This document shows, in pieces, positions 10,258 through 19,345 of a stretch of DNA of 64,000 bases; position 1 is the first letter of the stretch; the number at the start of each line of letters is the position of its first letter. Source of the DNA: an uncultured Chloroflexia bacterium (GTDB lineage: Bacteria > Chloroflexota > Limnocylindria > Limnocylindrales > CSP1-4); contig CAWFXA010000002.1 of the NCBI GenBank assembly GCA_963819655.1, positions 1,536,001-1,600,000 of the forward strand, read 5' to 3'. The notes beneath the pieces are model-generated. The model was given only the letters and a program-made list of their open reading frames with translations. It searched no databases and had not been told where the DNA came from. A program made the translations under genes and the position numbers.

Positions 10258-10385
10258 CTTCGCATCTCCGCTCGACCGGTTCGGAACGGATTGGTCGCGC
10301 CTTGCGCCCGGGACTACGATGCATCGGTCCGGTTCGGAGGAGCACGCTGGTCTGGCCGCAGGGCGGCCGAAGAGGAGGTTCGAGC

Positions 10386-11531
10386 ATGCGTCGCTGGACA
10401 ACTGTCGCCGCGTTCCTCGCGGCCATCGCGATCGTCGCCGGGTGTACGGGAGGCGGTGGCGCGGCCACCGGCTCGGTCTCGTCGCCCGCGCCTGCGTCGG
10501 CGCCGGCCAGCGAGCCCGCGGCGAGCGCTTCGGGAAGCGCGGCCGCCGATTCACCGGCGTGCAACCCGCCCCGGCAGGAGGGCGTCACGCTGACGTTCGT
10601 GTCGTTCGGCGGCGTGTACCAGGAAGCCCAGCGCAAGGCTTGGCTGGCGCCCTATACGGAGCTCACCGGCGTCCAATTCACCGAGGATGAGAGCTCCTCG
10701 AACGCGACGATCAAGGCCCAGGTCGAAGCCGGAGAGGTGACCTGGGATGTCGTCGACGTGGGGAACGACTTCGGGCTCGATGTCCACGCGGACCTGCTCG
10801 AGCCGCTCGACTTCTCGCTGATCCCGCGCGACGAGCTGAACGCCGACCTCGGGATCACGGATTACCGGATCCCCGACATCACGTACGGGGTCGTCCTCGC
10901 GTACAACACCGAAGCCACGGCCGGGGCGGTGCCCGAGGGCTGGGCGGACTACTTCGACACCGCCAAGATCCCCGGCAAGCGCGGTGCGTGGGACTACTCC
11001 GAAGGCGGCATGTTCGAGTTCGCCTTGATGGCCGACGGCGTCGCCCCGGCCGACCTGTACCCGCTCGACCTGCCGCGGGCGACCGCCAAGCTGAACACCA
11101 TCAAGGACGACATCGTGTTCTGGGCCTCGGGCGCCGAGTCGCAGGAGCTGATCGGCTCCGGTGAAGTCGCCATGACGATGATCTGGAACGGGCGTGGCTG
11201 GAGCGCGAAGAACATCGACAACAAGCCCGTCGAGATGCAGTGGAACCAGCAGATCGTGACGGCCGACTACCTGGTCGTGCCGAAGGGCTCGCCGAACAAG
11301 GATGCTGCGATGAAGTTCATCGCGTACACGGCCTGCGCGGCGAACAACGCCGGGCCGTCTGAGTTCATCCCGTACGGCCCGACGAACAAGAACTCCACAC
11401 CAAATCCGGCGATGGTCAACGACCTGTCGGTCACCAACGCCGACGAGAACTCGGCTTACTTCGACGACACGTACCTTGCCGAAAAGTTCGACGAGATCGA
11501 CGCCGCGTGGCAGGCCTGGAAGGGGTCCTGA
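10386..11531 (+). CDS. Polyamine-type ABC transporter substrate-binding lipoprotein (PotD/PotF-like)
   Basis: Lipobox IVAGC, SFGG.YQEAQ, WDVVD, WNGR, VVPKGSPNKD; GAGGAGG SD. Confidence 0.85.
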   Translation: MRRWTTVAAFLAAIAIVAGCTGGGGAATGSVSSPAPASAPASEPAASASGSAAADSPACNPPRQEGVTLTFVSFGGVYQEAQRKAWLAPYTELTGVQFTEDESSSNATIKAQVEAGEVTWDVVDVGNDFGLDVHADLLEPLDFSLIPRDELNADLGITDYRIPDITYGVVLAYNTEATAGAVPEGWADYFDTAKIPGKRGAWDYSEGGMFEFALMADGVAPADLYPLDLPRATAKLNTIKDDIVFWASGAESQELIGSGEVAMTMIWNGRGWSAKNIDNKPVEMQWNQQIVTADYLVVPKGSPNKDAAMKFIAYTACAANNAGPSEFIPYGPTNKNSTPNPAMVNDLSVTNADENSAYFDDTYLAEKFDEIDAAWQAWKGS

Positions 11532-11557
11532 CCGTCTTGCCCGCGTGTGACTGACGG

Positions 11558-12448
11558 ATGACGTCCGTCGGCGGGGCTCGCAGACGCCCCTGGCTCGACC
11601 GTGTCCGCCCCCGTGCGGACGGCTGGTCGCTGCTTGCCCTGCCGGCGGTCATCTTCCTCGGTGTCTTCTTCCTCGTCCCGCTCGTGGCGATGAGCGTGCG
11701 CAGCGTCACGGATCCGCCCGGCGCGGGGCTTGCGAATTACGAGCAGTTCTTCGGGCAAGCGGCGTACATCCGCATCCTCATGAACACGTTCTGGATCGCG
11801 CTGCTGGCGACGGTCGCCTGCCTCGTGATCGGCTACCCGTTCGCCTACCTCATGACAATCGTGCCCGGCCGGCTGGCCGGGCTGCTGCTGATCGCGGTCC
11901 TGCTGCCGTTCTGGTCGAGCCTGCTCGTGCGCACGTTCGCGTGGCAGATCCTGCTTCGGGATACGGGCATCATCAACCGGTTCCTGCTCGATCTCGGAGT
12001 GATCAGCGAGCCGCTCACGCTGATCCGCACCACGGGTGGCGTGATCCTCGGCATGTCGCACATCCTGCTGCCGTTCATGGTGCTGCCGCTCTACGCGGTC
12101 ATGCGCCGGATCGACCCGGAATTCGGCCGCGCCGCCGCGAACCTGGGCGCCTCACCGCTGGCGGCTTTCCTCCGCGTCTTCGTCCCGCTCAGCCTGCCCG
12201 GGGTGCTCGCCGGCTGCCTGCTCGTGTTCATCCTGGCACTCGGCTTCTACATCACCCCGGCGCTGCTCGGTGGCCTGCGCGATCAGATGATCAGCCAGCT
12301 CATCGTGCAGCAGATCCAGCAGCGCCTGGACTGGGGCTTCGGCACGGCGATGAGCGTGCTCCTCGTCGGCATCACGCTGGTCATCCTGTTCGTGGCGTCA
12401 CGCGCGATCCGGCTGCGCGACGTGTTCGGCAGCGTGGTCGAGGACTAG
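11558..12448 (+). CDS. Polyamine ABC permease (PotB-like)
   Basis: LLPFWSSLLVRTFAW, EAA-like loop RAAANLGAS, GFYITPALLGG. Confidence 0.9.
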   Translation: MTSVGGARRRPWLDRVRPRADGWSLLALPAVIFLGVFFLVPLVAMSVRSVTDPPGAGLANYEQFFGQAAYIRILMNTFWIALLATVACLVIGYPFAYLMTIVPGRLAGLLLIAVLLPFWSSLLVRTFAWQILLRDTGIINRFLLDLGVISEPLTLIRTTGGVILGMSHILLPFMVLPLYAVMRRIDPEFGRAAANLGASPLAAFLRVFVPLSLPGVLAGCLLVFILALGFYITPALLGGLRDQMISQLIVQQIQQRLDWGFGTAMSVLLVGITLVILFVASRAIRLRDVFGSVVED

Positions 12449-12451
12449 CCC

Positions 12452-13249
12452 GTGAGCAATTCCTGGCGGCAGCCGCGACGGATCCTCATGGCGGCTCTCG
12501 GCGGCCTGACGGTCTTCTACCTGCTGGCGCCCACGCTGGTGATCGTCCCGATGAGCTTCACCGAGGCGCGCATCCTGAGCTTCCCGCCGGAGGGGTTCAG
12601 CCTCCAGTGGTACGAGCGCATGGTCACCGACCGGCAGTGGTCGACCGGCATCGTCAACAGCGCCCAGGTTGCGACTCTGACCGCCATCTTGGCGACGGTC
12701 CTCGGCACGCTGGCGGCGCTCGGTCTGTGTCGGGGACGATTTCCCGGGCGGACCGCGGTCAACGCTCTCACGCTCTCGCCGCTGATCGTGCCGGTCGTGG
12801 TCATCGCGATCGGGATGTTCGGGCTGTTCGTCCAGTGGCGGATCAGCGGCTCGTTGATCGGGCTGGTCGTGGCGCACACCGCGCTCGCCTTGCCGTTCGT
12901 CGCGGTCGCCGTCGGGACATCGCTCCGGACGATGGATCGCAATCTCGAGCTGGCAGCTGCCAACCTGGGCGCGGACCCACGCCGGAGCTTCTTCCACATC
13001 ACGTTCCCGATCATCCTGCCGGGCGTCCTGACCGGCGCGATCTTCGCGTTCATCACGTCGTGGGACGAGGTGGTGGTCGCGATCTTCATGACCTCGGCGC
13101 GCTTCCGCACGTTGCCGGTCGAGATGTGGGAACAGGTCCGCCAGGCGGTCGACCCGACCGTCGCCGCCGTCTCGACCACGCTGCTCGTCGTGACCACGGT
13201 GCTGCTGCTCCTGCTGCTCGTCGTGCGTCGTCAGGCGCCAGCCCAATGA
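12452..13249 (+). CDS. Polyamine ABC permease (PotC-like)
   Basis: SFPPEGFSLQWY, LELAAANLGA, FITSWDEVV. Confidence 0.9.
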   Translation: MSNSWRQPRRILMAALGGLTVFYLLAPTLVIVPMSFTEARILSFPPEGFSLQWYERMVTDRQWSTGIVNSAQVATLTAILATVLGTLAALGLCRGRFPGRTAVNALTLSPLIVPVVVIAIGMFGLFVQWRISGSLIGLVVAHTALALPFVAVAVGTSLRTMDRNLELAAANLGADPRRSFFHITFPIILPGVLTGAIFAFITSWDEVVVAIFMTSARFRTLPVEMWEQVRQAVDPTVAAVSTTLLVVTTVLLLLLLVVRRQAPAQ

Positions 13250-14406
13250 CCGCTCCCGGCGATCTCGGCGAGGCGCGGATGACGAGCAGCACGTCGGATG
13301 ACCGGCCCGCCCTGGTCCTGCGCGGGCTGCGCAAGTCGTTCGGGAGCGCGGTCGCGGTCGACGGCATCGATCTCGAGGTCCGGCGCGGGGAGTTCGTGAC
13401 GCTGCTCGGCCCGTCCGGATCGGGCAAGACGACGACGCTTCGGATGGTCGCCGGTTTCATGAGCCCGAGCGGAGGCTCGATCGAGATCGACGGCGGCGAC
13501 ATGACGCGCGTCCCGCCCTATCGGCGGGATGTCGGCATGGTCTTCCAGAACTACGCGTTGTTCCCGCACATGACCGCCGCCCAGAACGTCGCGTTCCCAC
13601 TGCGCATGCGCGGGCGGCCGCGGGCCGAGATCGACCGTCGCGTGGCCGACGCGCTCGGCCTGGTGAAGCTCGGCGACCTCGGCGATCGCTACCCACGCCA
13701 GCTGTCGGGTGGGCAGCAACAGCGGATCGCGCTCGCGCGCGCGGTCGTCTTCGAACCGCGCGTCCTGCTGATGGACGAGCCGCTCGGCGCGCTCGACCGC
13801 AAGCTCCGCGAATCGCTCCAGCTCGAGATCATCCGCGTGAGCCGGCAACTCGGGTCGACCGTCCTGTACGTGACGCACGACCAGGAGGAGGCCCTGGTCA
13901 TGAGCGACCGGATCGCGATCTTCAGCGCGGGCCGCATCGAGCAGCTGGGGAGCGGCGAGGACCTCTATGACCGCCCATCGTCGCTGTTCGTGGCCGACTT
14001 CATCGGCGAGTCGAACATCCTGCGCGGCCGGTACGAGGTCGACGGCGCGGACGGCCCGTGGATGACACGCGGCCAGTCGCGCTGGCGGATCGGACGGGCC
14101 GCGGCCGAGCGCGCCGCGCTCGAGGCCGGGTCCGCGGCGGCCCTCGTCGTACGACCCGAGCGGATCCACCTCGTCGATGCGGCGTCCGCTGGCGGGCCGG
14201 GCATGAACGTCGTCGATGCGACCGTCGACGAGGTGCTCTACCTGGGGCCCGACACGAAGTACCAGCTCGCACTGGAGAACGGCCAGCGGATGGTGGTCCG
14301 CGAACCCCGCGAGGGGAGCGGCCGCGAGCTGCAACGCGGCGACGCGGTGCGGTTGGGTTGGTCCGTGGAGGACGGTCTGCTCGTGGCCGACCCGGGGAGC
14401 AGCTAG
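13246..14406 (+). CDS. Polyamine ABC ATP-binding protein (PotA-like, TOBE domain)
   Basis: GPSGSGKTT, LSGGQQQR, MDEPLGALD, YVTHDQEEA; ATGA overlap with permease (alternative start 13279). Confidence 0.92.
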   Translation: MTAPGDLGEARMTSSTSDDRPALVLRGLRKSFGSAVAVDGIDLEVRRGEFVTLLGPSGSGKTTTLRMVAGFMSPSGGSIEIDGGDMTRVPPYRRDVGMVFQNYALFPHMTAAQNVAFPLRMRGRPRAEIDRRVADALGLVKLGDLGDRYPRQLSGGQQQRIALARAVVFEPRVLLMDEPLGALDRKLRESLQLEIIRVSRQLGSTVLYVTHDQEEALVMSDRIAIFSAGRIEQLGSGEDLYDRPSSLFVADFIGESNILRGRYEVDGADGPWMTRGQSRWRIGRAAAERAALEAGSAAALVVRPERIHLVDAASAGGPGMNVVDATVDEVLYLGPDTKYQLALENGQRMVVREPREGSGRELQRGDAVRLGWSVEDGLLVADPGSS

Positions 14407-14415
14407 GGCATCGGC

Positions 14416-14444
14416 TTGACGGGGCCATCGGGGCCTCGTATCGT
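14416..14444 (+). promoter_or_regulatory. Sigma70-type promoter
   Basis: TTGACG-17 nt-TATCGT upstream of the DUF2071 gene. Confidence 0.55.
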
Positions 14445-14465
14445 GCTACTCGTGAGTAGCGCGTT

Positions 14466-15194
14466 ATGAGGCGTTCGGGCCGGCCGTGGGTGATGCGCAT
14501 GCGCTGGTACGACCTGCTCTTCGCGCACTGGCCGGTCGACGCCGATGTCCTGCGACCGCTCGTTCCATCGGCACTGGACATCGACACGTTCGACGGGCGG
14601 GCCTACGTCGGGATCGTCCCGTTCGGGATGGAGGACGTCGCCCCGCGCGGCCTGCCGGCGCTGCCGGGCATCGGCGCGTTCCCGGAGGTCAATGTGCGCA
14701 CCTACGTCCGTCAAGACGGCGTCGACGGGGTGTGGTTCTTCAGCCTCGACGCCGGCAGCCGTGTCGCGGTCGAGGCCGCCCGGGCGGGCTTCCACCTGCC
14801 GTACTACAAGGCCGCCATGGCGATCGAGCGGCAGGACGAGGCGATCGACTTCCGATCAGAACGGTGTGACCGACGCGGCCGTCCAGCCGTCCTCGACGTT
14901 CGGTACAGACCGACCGGCCCGGTCGAACGGGCGGCCCCGGGATCGCTGGAGGCGTGGCTCACGGCACGACTCCGACTCTTCGCGATCGACGGTCGCGGGC
15001 GGCTGACACGGACCGAGATCCGTCACGCGCCGTGGCCGCTCCGCCCCGCGGAGGCCGAATTCAGATCCGAGTCGCTCGCCGCCGCTCAGGGCATCCGCCT
15101 GCCAGACGAGCCTCCCCACCTGCGGTTCGCCGATCGCCTCGATGTGGTCGCCTGGTGGCCGCGCCGTGTCGACGCGGCTCGGGACAGATCCTAG
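14466..15194 (+). CDS. YqjF/DUF2071 family protein
   Basis: W.DLLFAHWPVD, FPEVNVRTYV, GVWFFSLDA, IRHAPWPL. Confidence 0.85.
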   Translation: MRRSGRPWVMRMRWYDLLFAHWPVDADVLRPLVPSALDIDTFDGRAYVGIVPFGMEDVAPRGLPALPGIGAFPEVNVRTYVRQDGVDGVWFFSLDAGSRVAVEAARAGFHLPYYKAAMAIERQDEAIDFRSERCDRRGRPAVLDVRYRPTGPVERAAPGSLEAWLTARLRLFAIDGRGRLTRTEIRHAPWPLRPAEAEFRSESLAAAQGIRLPDEPPHLRFADRLDVVAWWPRRVDAARDRS

Positions 15195-15286
15195 GCGCGC
15201 CCCATGTTCGCCTGCACGGTCCGGATGATGAACCAGATCTCCAGAGCCGCGATCACGATCAGGGCGATGCCGACGACCATCTCCAC
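15191..15286 (-). CDS. Small single-pass membrane protein (31 aa)
   Basis: GAAGGGAG SD 8 nt before GTG; MEMVVGIALIVIAALEIWFIIRTVQANMGRA*; below ORF-track cutoff. Confidence 0.5.
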   Translation of the reverse strand: MEMVVGIALIVIAALEIWFIIRTVQANMGRA

Positions 15287-15378
15287 GGGGTCTGCTCCCT
15301 TCGACTCGGCGCGCCGGGCAGTGGCGAGCGCCGAGCGCATCATGCGCCGCCCGCCTGCGGCGCTGCAATGCGTTGCGC

Positions 15379-15879
15379 CTAGTACGGGGGTGGGAGCTCG
15401 AGATCGAACTGACGGGCAAGCACCGCCATGTCCTGGCGATCGATGGGCCGTGGTTCATAGCCCAGGTGGAATGCGATGAGCAGCTCTGGCGTGAGGCAGC
15501 GCACCGTGCGGCCGCCGATGCGGCCGGCCGCATCCGTCGAGCCCGGTGGGTAGACGAAGCGCTCGCCGGCGAACCCATCCTGGATCCCCCTGCCATCGGA
15601 GCCCCAGGCGACCGGGTGGAGGTCGACCGTCCGGCGGCCGTCGCCGAGCGTGAGTCGGGCAGGTCGCTCGTCGAGGTCGACGCGCAGGCCGATCCGGCCG
15701 AGGACGCCGATCGCGCGGTCTATCAGGGTGGTGTCGATGGCGAGATCGAGGTCGCCGTGCTCGCGGGTCACCCGGCCGACCAGGGCATCGACAGCCCAGC
15801 CACCGGCGACCGAAACGGGGATGGCGCGGTCCTCGAGGACGTCCAGGATGGCAAGAACGTCGTCCTCCGTCATCGCCAT
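15379..15879 (-). CDS. Nucleotidyltransferase (LinA/ANT(2'')-like family)
   Basis: GGWAVDALVG..TREHGDLD, VDLHP, CLTPE..FHLGY...D..D; start overlaps stop of upstream CphA-like gene. Confidence 0.8.
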   Translation of the reverse strand: MAMTEDDVLAILDVLEDRAIPVSVAGGWAVDALVGRVTREHGDLDLAIDTTLIDRAIGVLGRIGLRVDLDERPARLTLGDGRRTVDLHPVAWGSDGRGIQDGFAGERFVYPPGSTDAAGRIGGRTVRCLTPELLIAFHLGYEPRPIDRQDMAVLARQFDLELPPPY

Positions 15880-17654
15880 CAGGCGCGACGCGGGCGATCC
15901 TGCAGACGCGGGATGATGCTCGTCAATTCGGACGCGACGTCCACCGGGCGCGCACCGAGCGACGCCAGGAGCTCGAACACGGCGTCCCGCTCCTCGTGGC
16001 ACATCAGGACGATGACACGGGGAGCGTCGGATCCCCGGCCGTGTCCGTTGGCCGCCGCTCCTGCGCCGGCGGCACCGTTGAGCTCGGCCCGCAACGCGGC
16101 CGTCTCGGAGGCGTAGACCGGCACATCGCCCACGGCCTTGCCCCCGGCCCTCACGCCTGCCATCAGCTCACCGACCACGGACCGCGCGGTGCGCCCGCGC
16201 AGGTACCCCAGCGTCTCCTTGATCGCGACCCGCTGGGCTCGCTGCGCCGCGATCCGGCCGATGCCACGCAGCGTGTCGTCGGGGCGATCGCCGGCGGTCC
16301 CGATGATCGCAGTGATGGGGGCCGCGCGCCCAGCGCCGCCCGCGGCGATCCCCTCGGCCACGTCCAAGACGGCATCGATGCCCGCCTCGTTGTGGGCGAA
16401 GTCGACGATCACGACGCGCGAGCCCAGCCGGAACAGATTGAGCCGGCCCGGCGAATGCGTGGCCGACGGGGCGAAGGCGATGAGCCCGTCCCGGACCTGG
16501 TGGAGCGTGGCGCCCATCCCGCGCGCGCCCCCGGCCGCGGCCAACGCGTTGGCCACGTTGTGCCGCGCCAGCCCGGCGATGGTGATCGGCACGCGCGCGA
16601 TCTCGACGATCCTGGATCCGCGCTCACCTTCGAGCTCCGTGAGCCAGCCATCGCGGACGACGTAGGCCCGTCCCCCGCGCGCGACGTGCCGGCGCACGAC
16701 CGGTGGCAGGGCCGTGGCCGTCGAAAAGAACGCGACGTGTGCGCGCACCCGCCGCGCGATCGCCGCGACGAGCGGGTCGTCGCCGTTGAGCACGACCCAG
16801 CCCGATGCCTTCGTGATGCGACAGACGGTCGACTTGACCTCGGCCAGCTCGGGCAGCGTGTGGATGCCCTGCAGGTCGAGATGGTCGGACGACACGTTGG
16901 TGAGCACCGATCCCTCGTTCGATTCGTAGCCCATGCCGCGTAGCACGATCCCGCCGCGGGCAGTCTCGAGCACGGCGACGTCGATATCCGAGCGGCGCAG
17001 GATCTGCTGCGCTCCGCCTGGGCCTGTCCAGTCGCCCGGCTCGACCAGTCGCTCGTCGACGAGCACGCCGTCGGAGGTCGTGGTTCCGACCCGCCGGCCG
17101 GCCGTGAGGAGGATGTGGGTGATCAGCCGCGAGACGGTCGACTTGCCGTTCGTGCCCGAGATCGAGATCGCCGGCACCCGCCGATCGGCGTTGCGGATCC
17201 AGGGCGGCGGGGTCGTGCGCGCCGCATCGATGCGTTCGACCCAGCGGGTGAGCATCCGTTCCTGGCCGCCGGTCAGCCGCGCGGTCCGCGACGGCGACAC
17301 GTCGCGCTCTGCGAGAGCCAGGGCAGCCTCGGTCAGGATCCGCGATCGCTCCTCGCCTTTCCACGGATAGGTGACGATCCAGTGACCCGGATCGGAGGAG
17401 CGATGGACCCCCAGGCCGCCGCGGCCCTCGTCGTGGTCCGCGCGCAACCGGCGGACCCACGCGACGATCGCGGCGATCGGGTCGGGCCAGTCGCGGGCTG
17501 GGACGGCCGCGCCGAGCTGGACGAGGGCGTGGCGCCCGGGATCGCGCTGGCCGTACCAGGTCCGGCGCCGACCGACCGCGAGCTCCAATTTGACCACCGG
17601 CTCGAGCCGGTAGACGTTGGGTCCCTCCAGCATGCGGATCTCGACCACGCGCAC
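15879..17654 (-). CDS. Cyanophycin synthetase-like Mur ligase with N and M domains but no ATP-grasp domain
   Basis: N-term VRVVEIRMLEGPNVYRLEPVV aligns with CphA LRILETRVLRGPNYWAREPVI; after about 160 aa goes directly to ISGTNGKST, LETARGG, TNVSSDHL, PGRLN, DFAHN, GDRPDD, LRGR. Confidence 0.85.
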   Translation of the reverse strand: MRVVEIRMLEGPNVYRLEPVVKLELAVGRRRTWYGQRDPGRHALVQLGAAVPARDWPDPIAAIVAWVRRLRADHDEGRGGLGVHRSSDPGHWIVTYPWKGEERSRILTEAALALAERDVSPSRTARLTGGQERMLTRWVERIDAARTTPPPWIRNADRRVPAISISGTNGKSTVSRLITHILLTAGRRVGTTTSDGVLVDERLVEPGDWTGPGGAQQILRRSDIDVAVLETARGGIVLRGMGYESNEGSVLTNVSSDHLDLQGIHTLPELAEVKSTVCRITKASGWVVLNGDDPLVAAIARRVRAHVAFFSTATALPPVVRRHVARGGRAYVVRDGWLTELEGERGSRIVEIARVPITIAGLARHNVANALAAAGGARGMGATLHQVRDGLIAFAPSATHSPGRLNLFRLGSRVVIVDFAHNEAGIDAVLDVAEGIAAGGAGRAAPITAIIGTAGDRPDDTLRGIGRIAAQRAQRVAIKETLGYLRGRTARSVVGELMAGVRAGGKAVGDVPVYASETAALRAELNGAAGAGAAANGHGRGSDAPRVIVLMCHEERDAVFELLASLGARPVDVASELTSIIPRLQDRPRRA

Positions 17655-17699
17655 GGTCCCGGCAGGATAGCAACCAGAGGGGTCGGTAGACTGCCCCCG

Positions 17700-18941
17700 A
17701 TGGCGACCCAGACGACCGGATCGACCGCCGATCTCGAGCTCGAAGCTCTTCGGGCGTCCATCGCGGGCGATCTGCGCGGGTATCTCGCCGACCTCGAACG
17801 ACTCGTCAACATCGACTGCGGGTCGTACACGCCCGAGGGCGTGAGCGAGGTGGGCCGCTGGACGGCCCGGTTCCTCGAGGACCTGGGCGCGGACATCGAC
17901 GTCCGGCCGGACCCGACCGGCCGGTTCGCCGAGACGATCGTCGCGACGTTCGAGCGCAAGGCCCACGGCCCGCGCGTGCTGCTCATCGGTCACATGGACA
18001 CGGTGTTCGATCCAGGGACAGCGGCGGCGCGACCGTTCCGCATCGACGACGACACCGCCCGCGGTCCGGGCGTCACCGACATGAAATCCGGGCTGTTGGC
18101 TGGGCTGTATGCACTCAAGGCGATCATCTCCGAGCTCGGGGGACTCCCGTTCGGACGGCTCACGTTCATCGCCAATCCCGACGAGGAGGTCGGCTCGCCG
18201 AGCTCGCGCGAGCACATTCGTGCGGCCGCCGCGGACGTCGATGCGTGCCTCGTCCTCGAGTGTGCCCGCGCCAACGGCGACATCGTCTCGGCACGCAAGG
18301 GCATCCTGGATACGCGTCTGACCGTGCATGGTCGGGCCGCCCACGCCGGGGTCGAACCGGAAAAGGGCCGCAGCGCGATCCTCGAGGCGGCGCGGATCGT
18401 GCAGGACCTCCACGGCCTCAACGGCCGTTGGCCGGGCGTGACCGTCAACGTCGGCAAGATCGCGGGCGGGACGCGCCCGAACGTCGTCGCCGAGCGATGC
18501 GACCTCGAGGTCGACGTGCGCGCGACGACGGCCGACGGCCTGACCGAGGCGGAGGCAGCGGTCCGGGAGATCTCCGAGGCGACCGAGGTGCCCGACACGA
18601 CCGTCGATACGGACATCCTCGTGTCGTGGCTGCCGATGGAGAAGCTGGAGCGTTCGGGTTGGCTCGTCGAGCGCGCCAAGGCGATCGCCGAACGACTGGG
18701 CTTTTCGGTCAACGACACCTCGACCGGTGGCGCGTCCGATGCCAACACCACGTCCGGGATGGGCGTGCCGACGCTCGACGGCCTCGGCCCAGTCGGCGGC
18801 AACGACCATTCGCCGGCCGAATACCTCGACGTGGAATCGATCGTGCCGCGGACGACATTGCTGGCCGGGTTGCTGCTCGCGATCGCGCGGGACCCGGCCG
18901 TGCTGGCGTGGCGCGAGGACGATCCGCGGTTCGCGGGGTGA
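17700..18941 (+). CDS. M20 family metallopeptidase (carboxypeptidase G2-like)
   Basis: GHMDTV, GPGVTDMKSG, DEEVGS, GRAAHAG, GGASDAN, HSPAEY. Confidence 0.9.
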   Translation: MATQTTGSTADLELEALRASIAGDLRGYLADLERLVNIDCGSYTPEGVSEVGRWTARFLEDLGADIDVRPDPTGRFAETIVATFERKAHGPRVLLIGHMDTVFDPGTAAARPFRIDDDTARGPGVTDMKSGLLAGLYALKAIISELGGLPFGRLTFIANPDEEVGSPSSREHIRAAAADVDACLVLECARANGDIVSARKGILDTRLTVHGRAAHAGVEPEKGRSAILEAARIVQDLHGLNGRWPGVTVNVGKIAGGTRPNVVAERCDLEVDVRATTADGLTEAEAAVREISEATEVPDTTVDTDILVSWLPMEKLERSGWLVERAKAIAERLGFSVNDTSTGGASDANTTSGMGVPTLDGLGPVGGNDHSPAEYLDVESIVPRTTLLAGLLLAIARDPAVLAWREDDPRFAG

Positions 18942-19342
18942 CCGCAGCCAGACGCCTGATCTCGTCGGGCGGACCGTGGGAGGAGGTCGCCGGCTACAGC
19001 CGGGCGGTCGTGGTCGGGTACGCGTGCTGGGTCGCCGGCACCACCGACGCCGGCCCGGACGGGGTATCCCGACATCCGGGCGACGTCACCGGCCAGGCCC
19101 GGGCGGTGTTCGGGATCATCGAGGCCGCCCTGGCCGAGGGTGGGTTCAGCCTGCGCGACGTCGTCCGGACCCGGATGTTCGTCGTGGACATGGCCGTCGC
19201 GGACGAGCTGTCGGCCGTCCACGGCGAGGTCTTCGGCGACATCCGGCCCGCGGCCACGATGGTCGCCGTCGCCGGACTGATGCATCCGAGCCTGCTCGTC
19301 GAGATCGAGGCCGACGCGATGAGGGGTCCGTCCGGAGGGTGA
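18938..19342 (+). CDS. RidA/YjgF family protein
   Basis: SSGGPWEEVAGYSRAV, VVRTRMF, RPAATMV, LVEIEADA; GTGA overlap. Confidence 0.9.
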   Translation: MTAARRLISSGGPWEEVAGYSRAVVVGYACWVAGTTDAGPDGVSRHPGDVTGQARAVFGIIEAALAEGGFSLRDVVRTRMFVVDMAVADELSAVHGEVFGDIRPAATMVAVAGLMHPSLLVEIEADAMRGPSGG

Positions 19343-19345
19343 CGG

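Noticed and set aside
11941-13245. Long N-terminal extensions in the ORF track (PotA 821 aa, CphA-like 976 aa, M20 608 aa, TPR-like 816 aa)
   Set aside because: They overlap real neighbouring genes in other frames; true starts are supported by stop/start overlaps or -10 spacing.
15379-15879. Acquired antibiotic-resistance gene
   Set aside because: Family-level similarity only; native codon usage and no mobile context.
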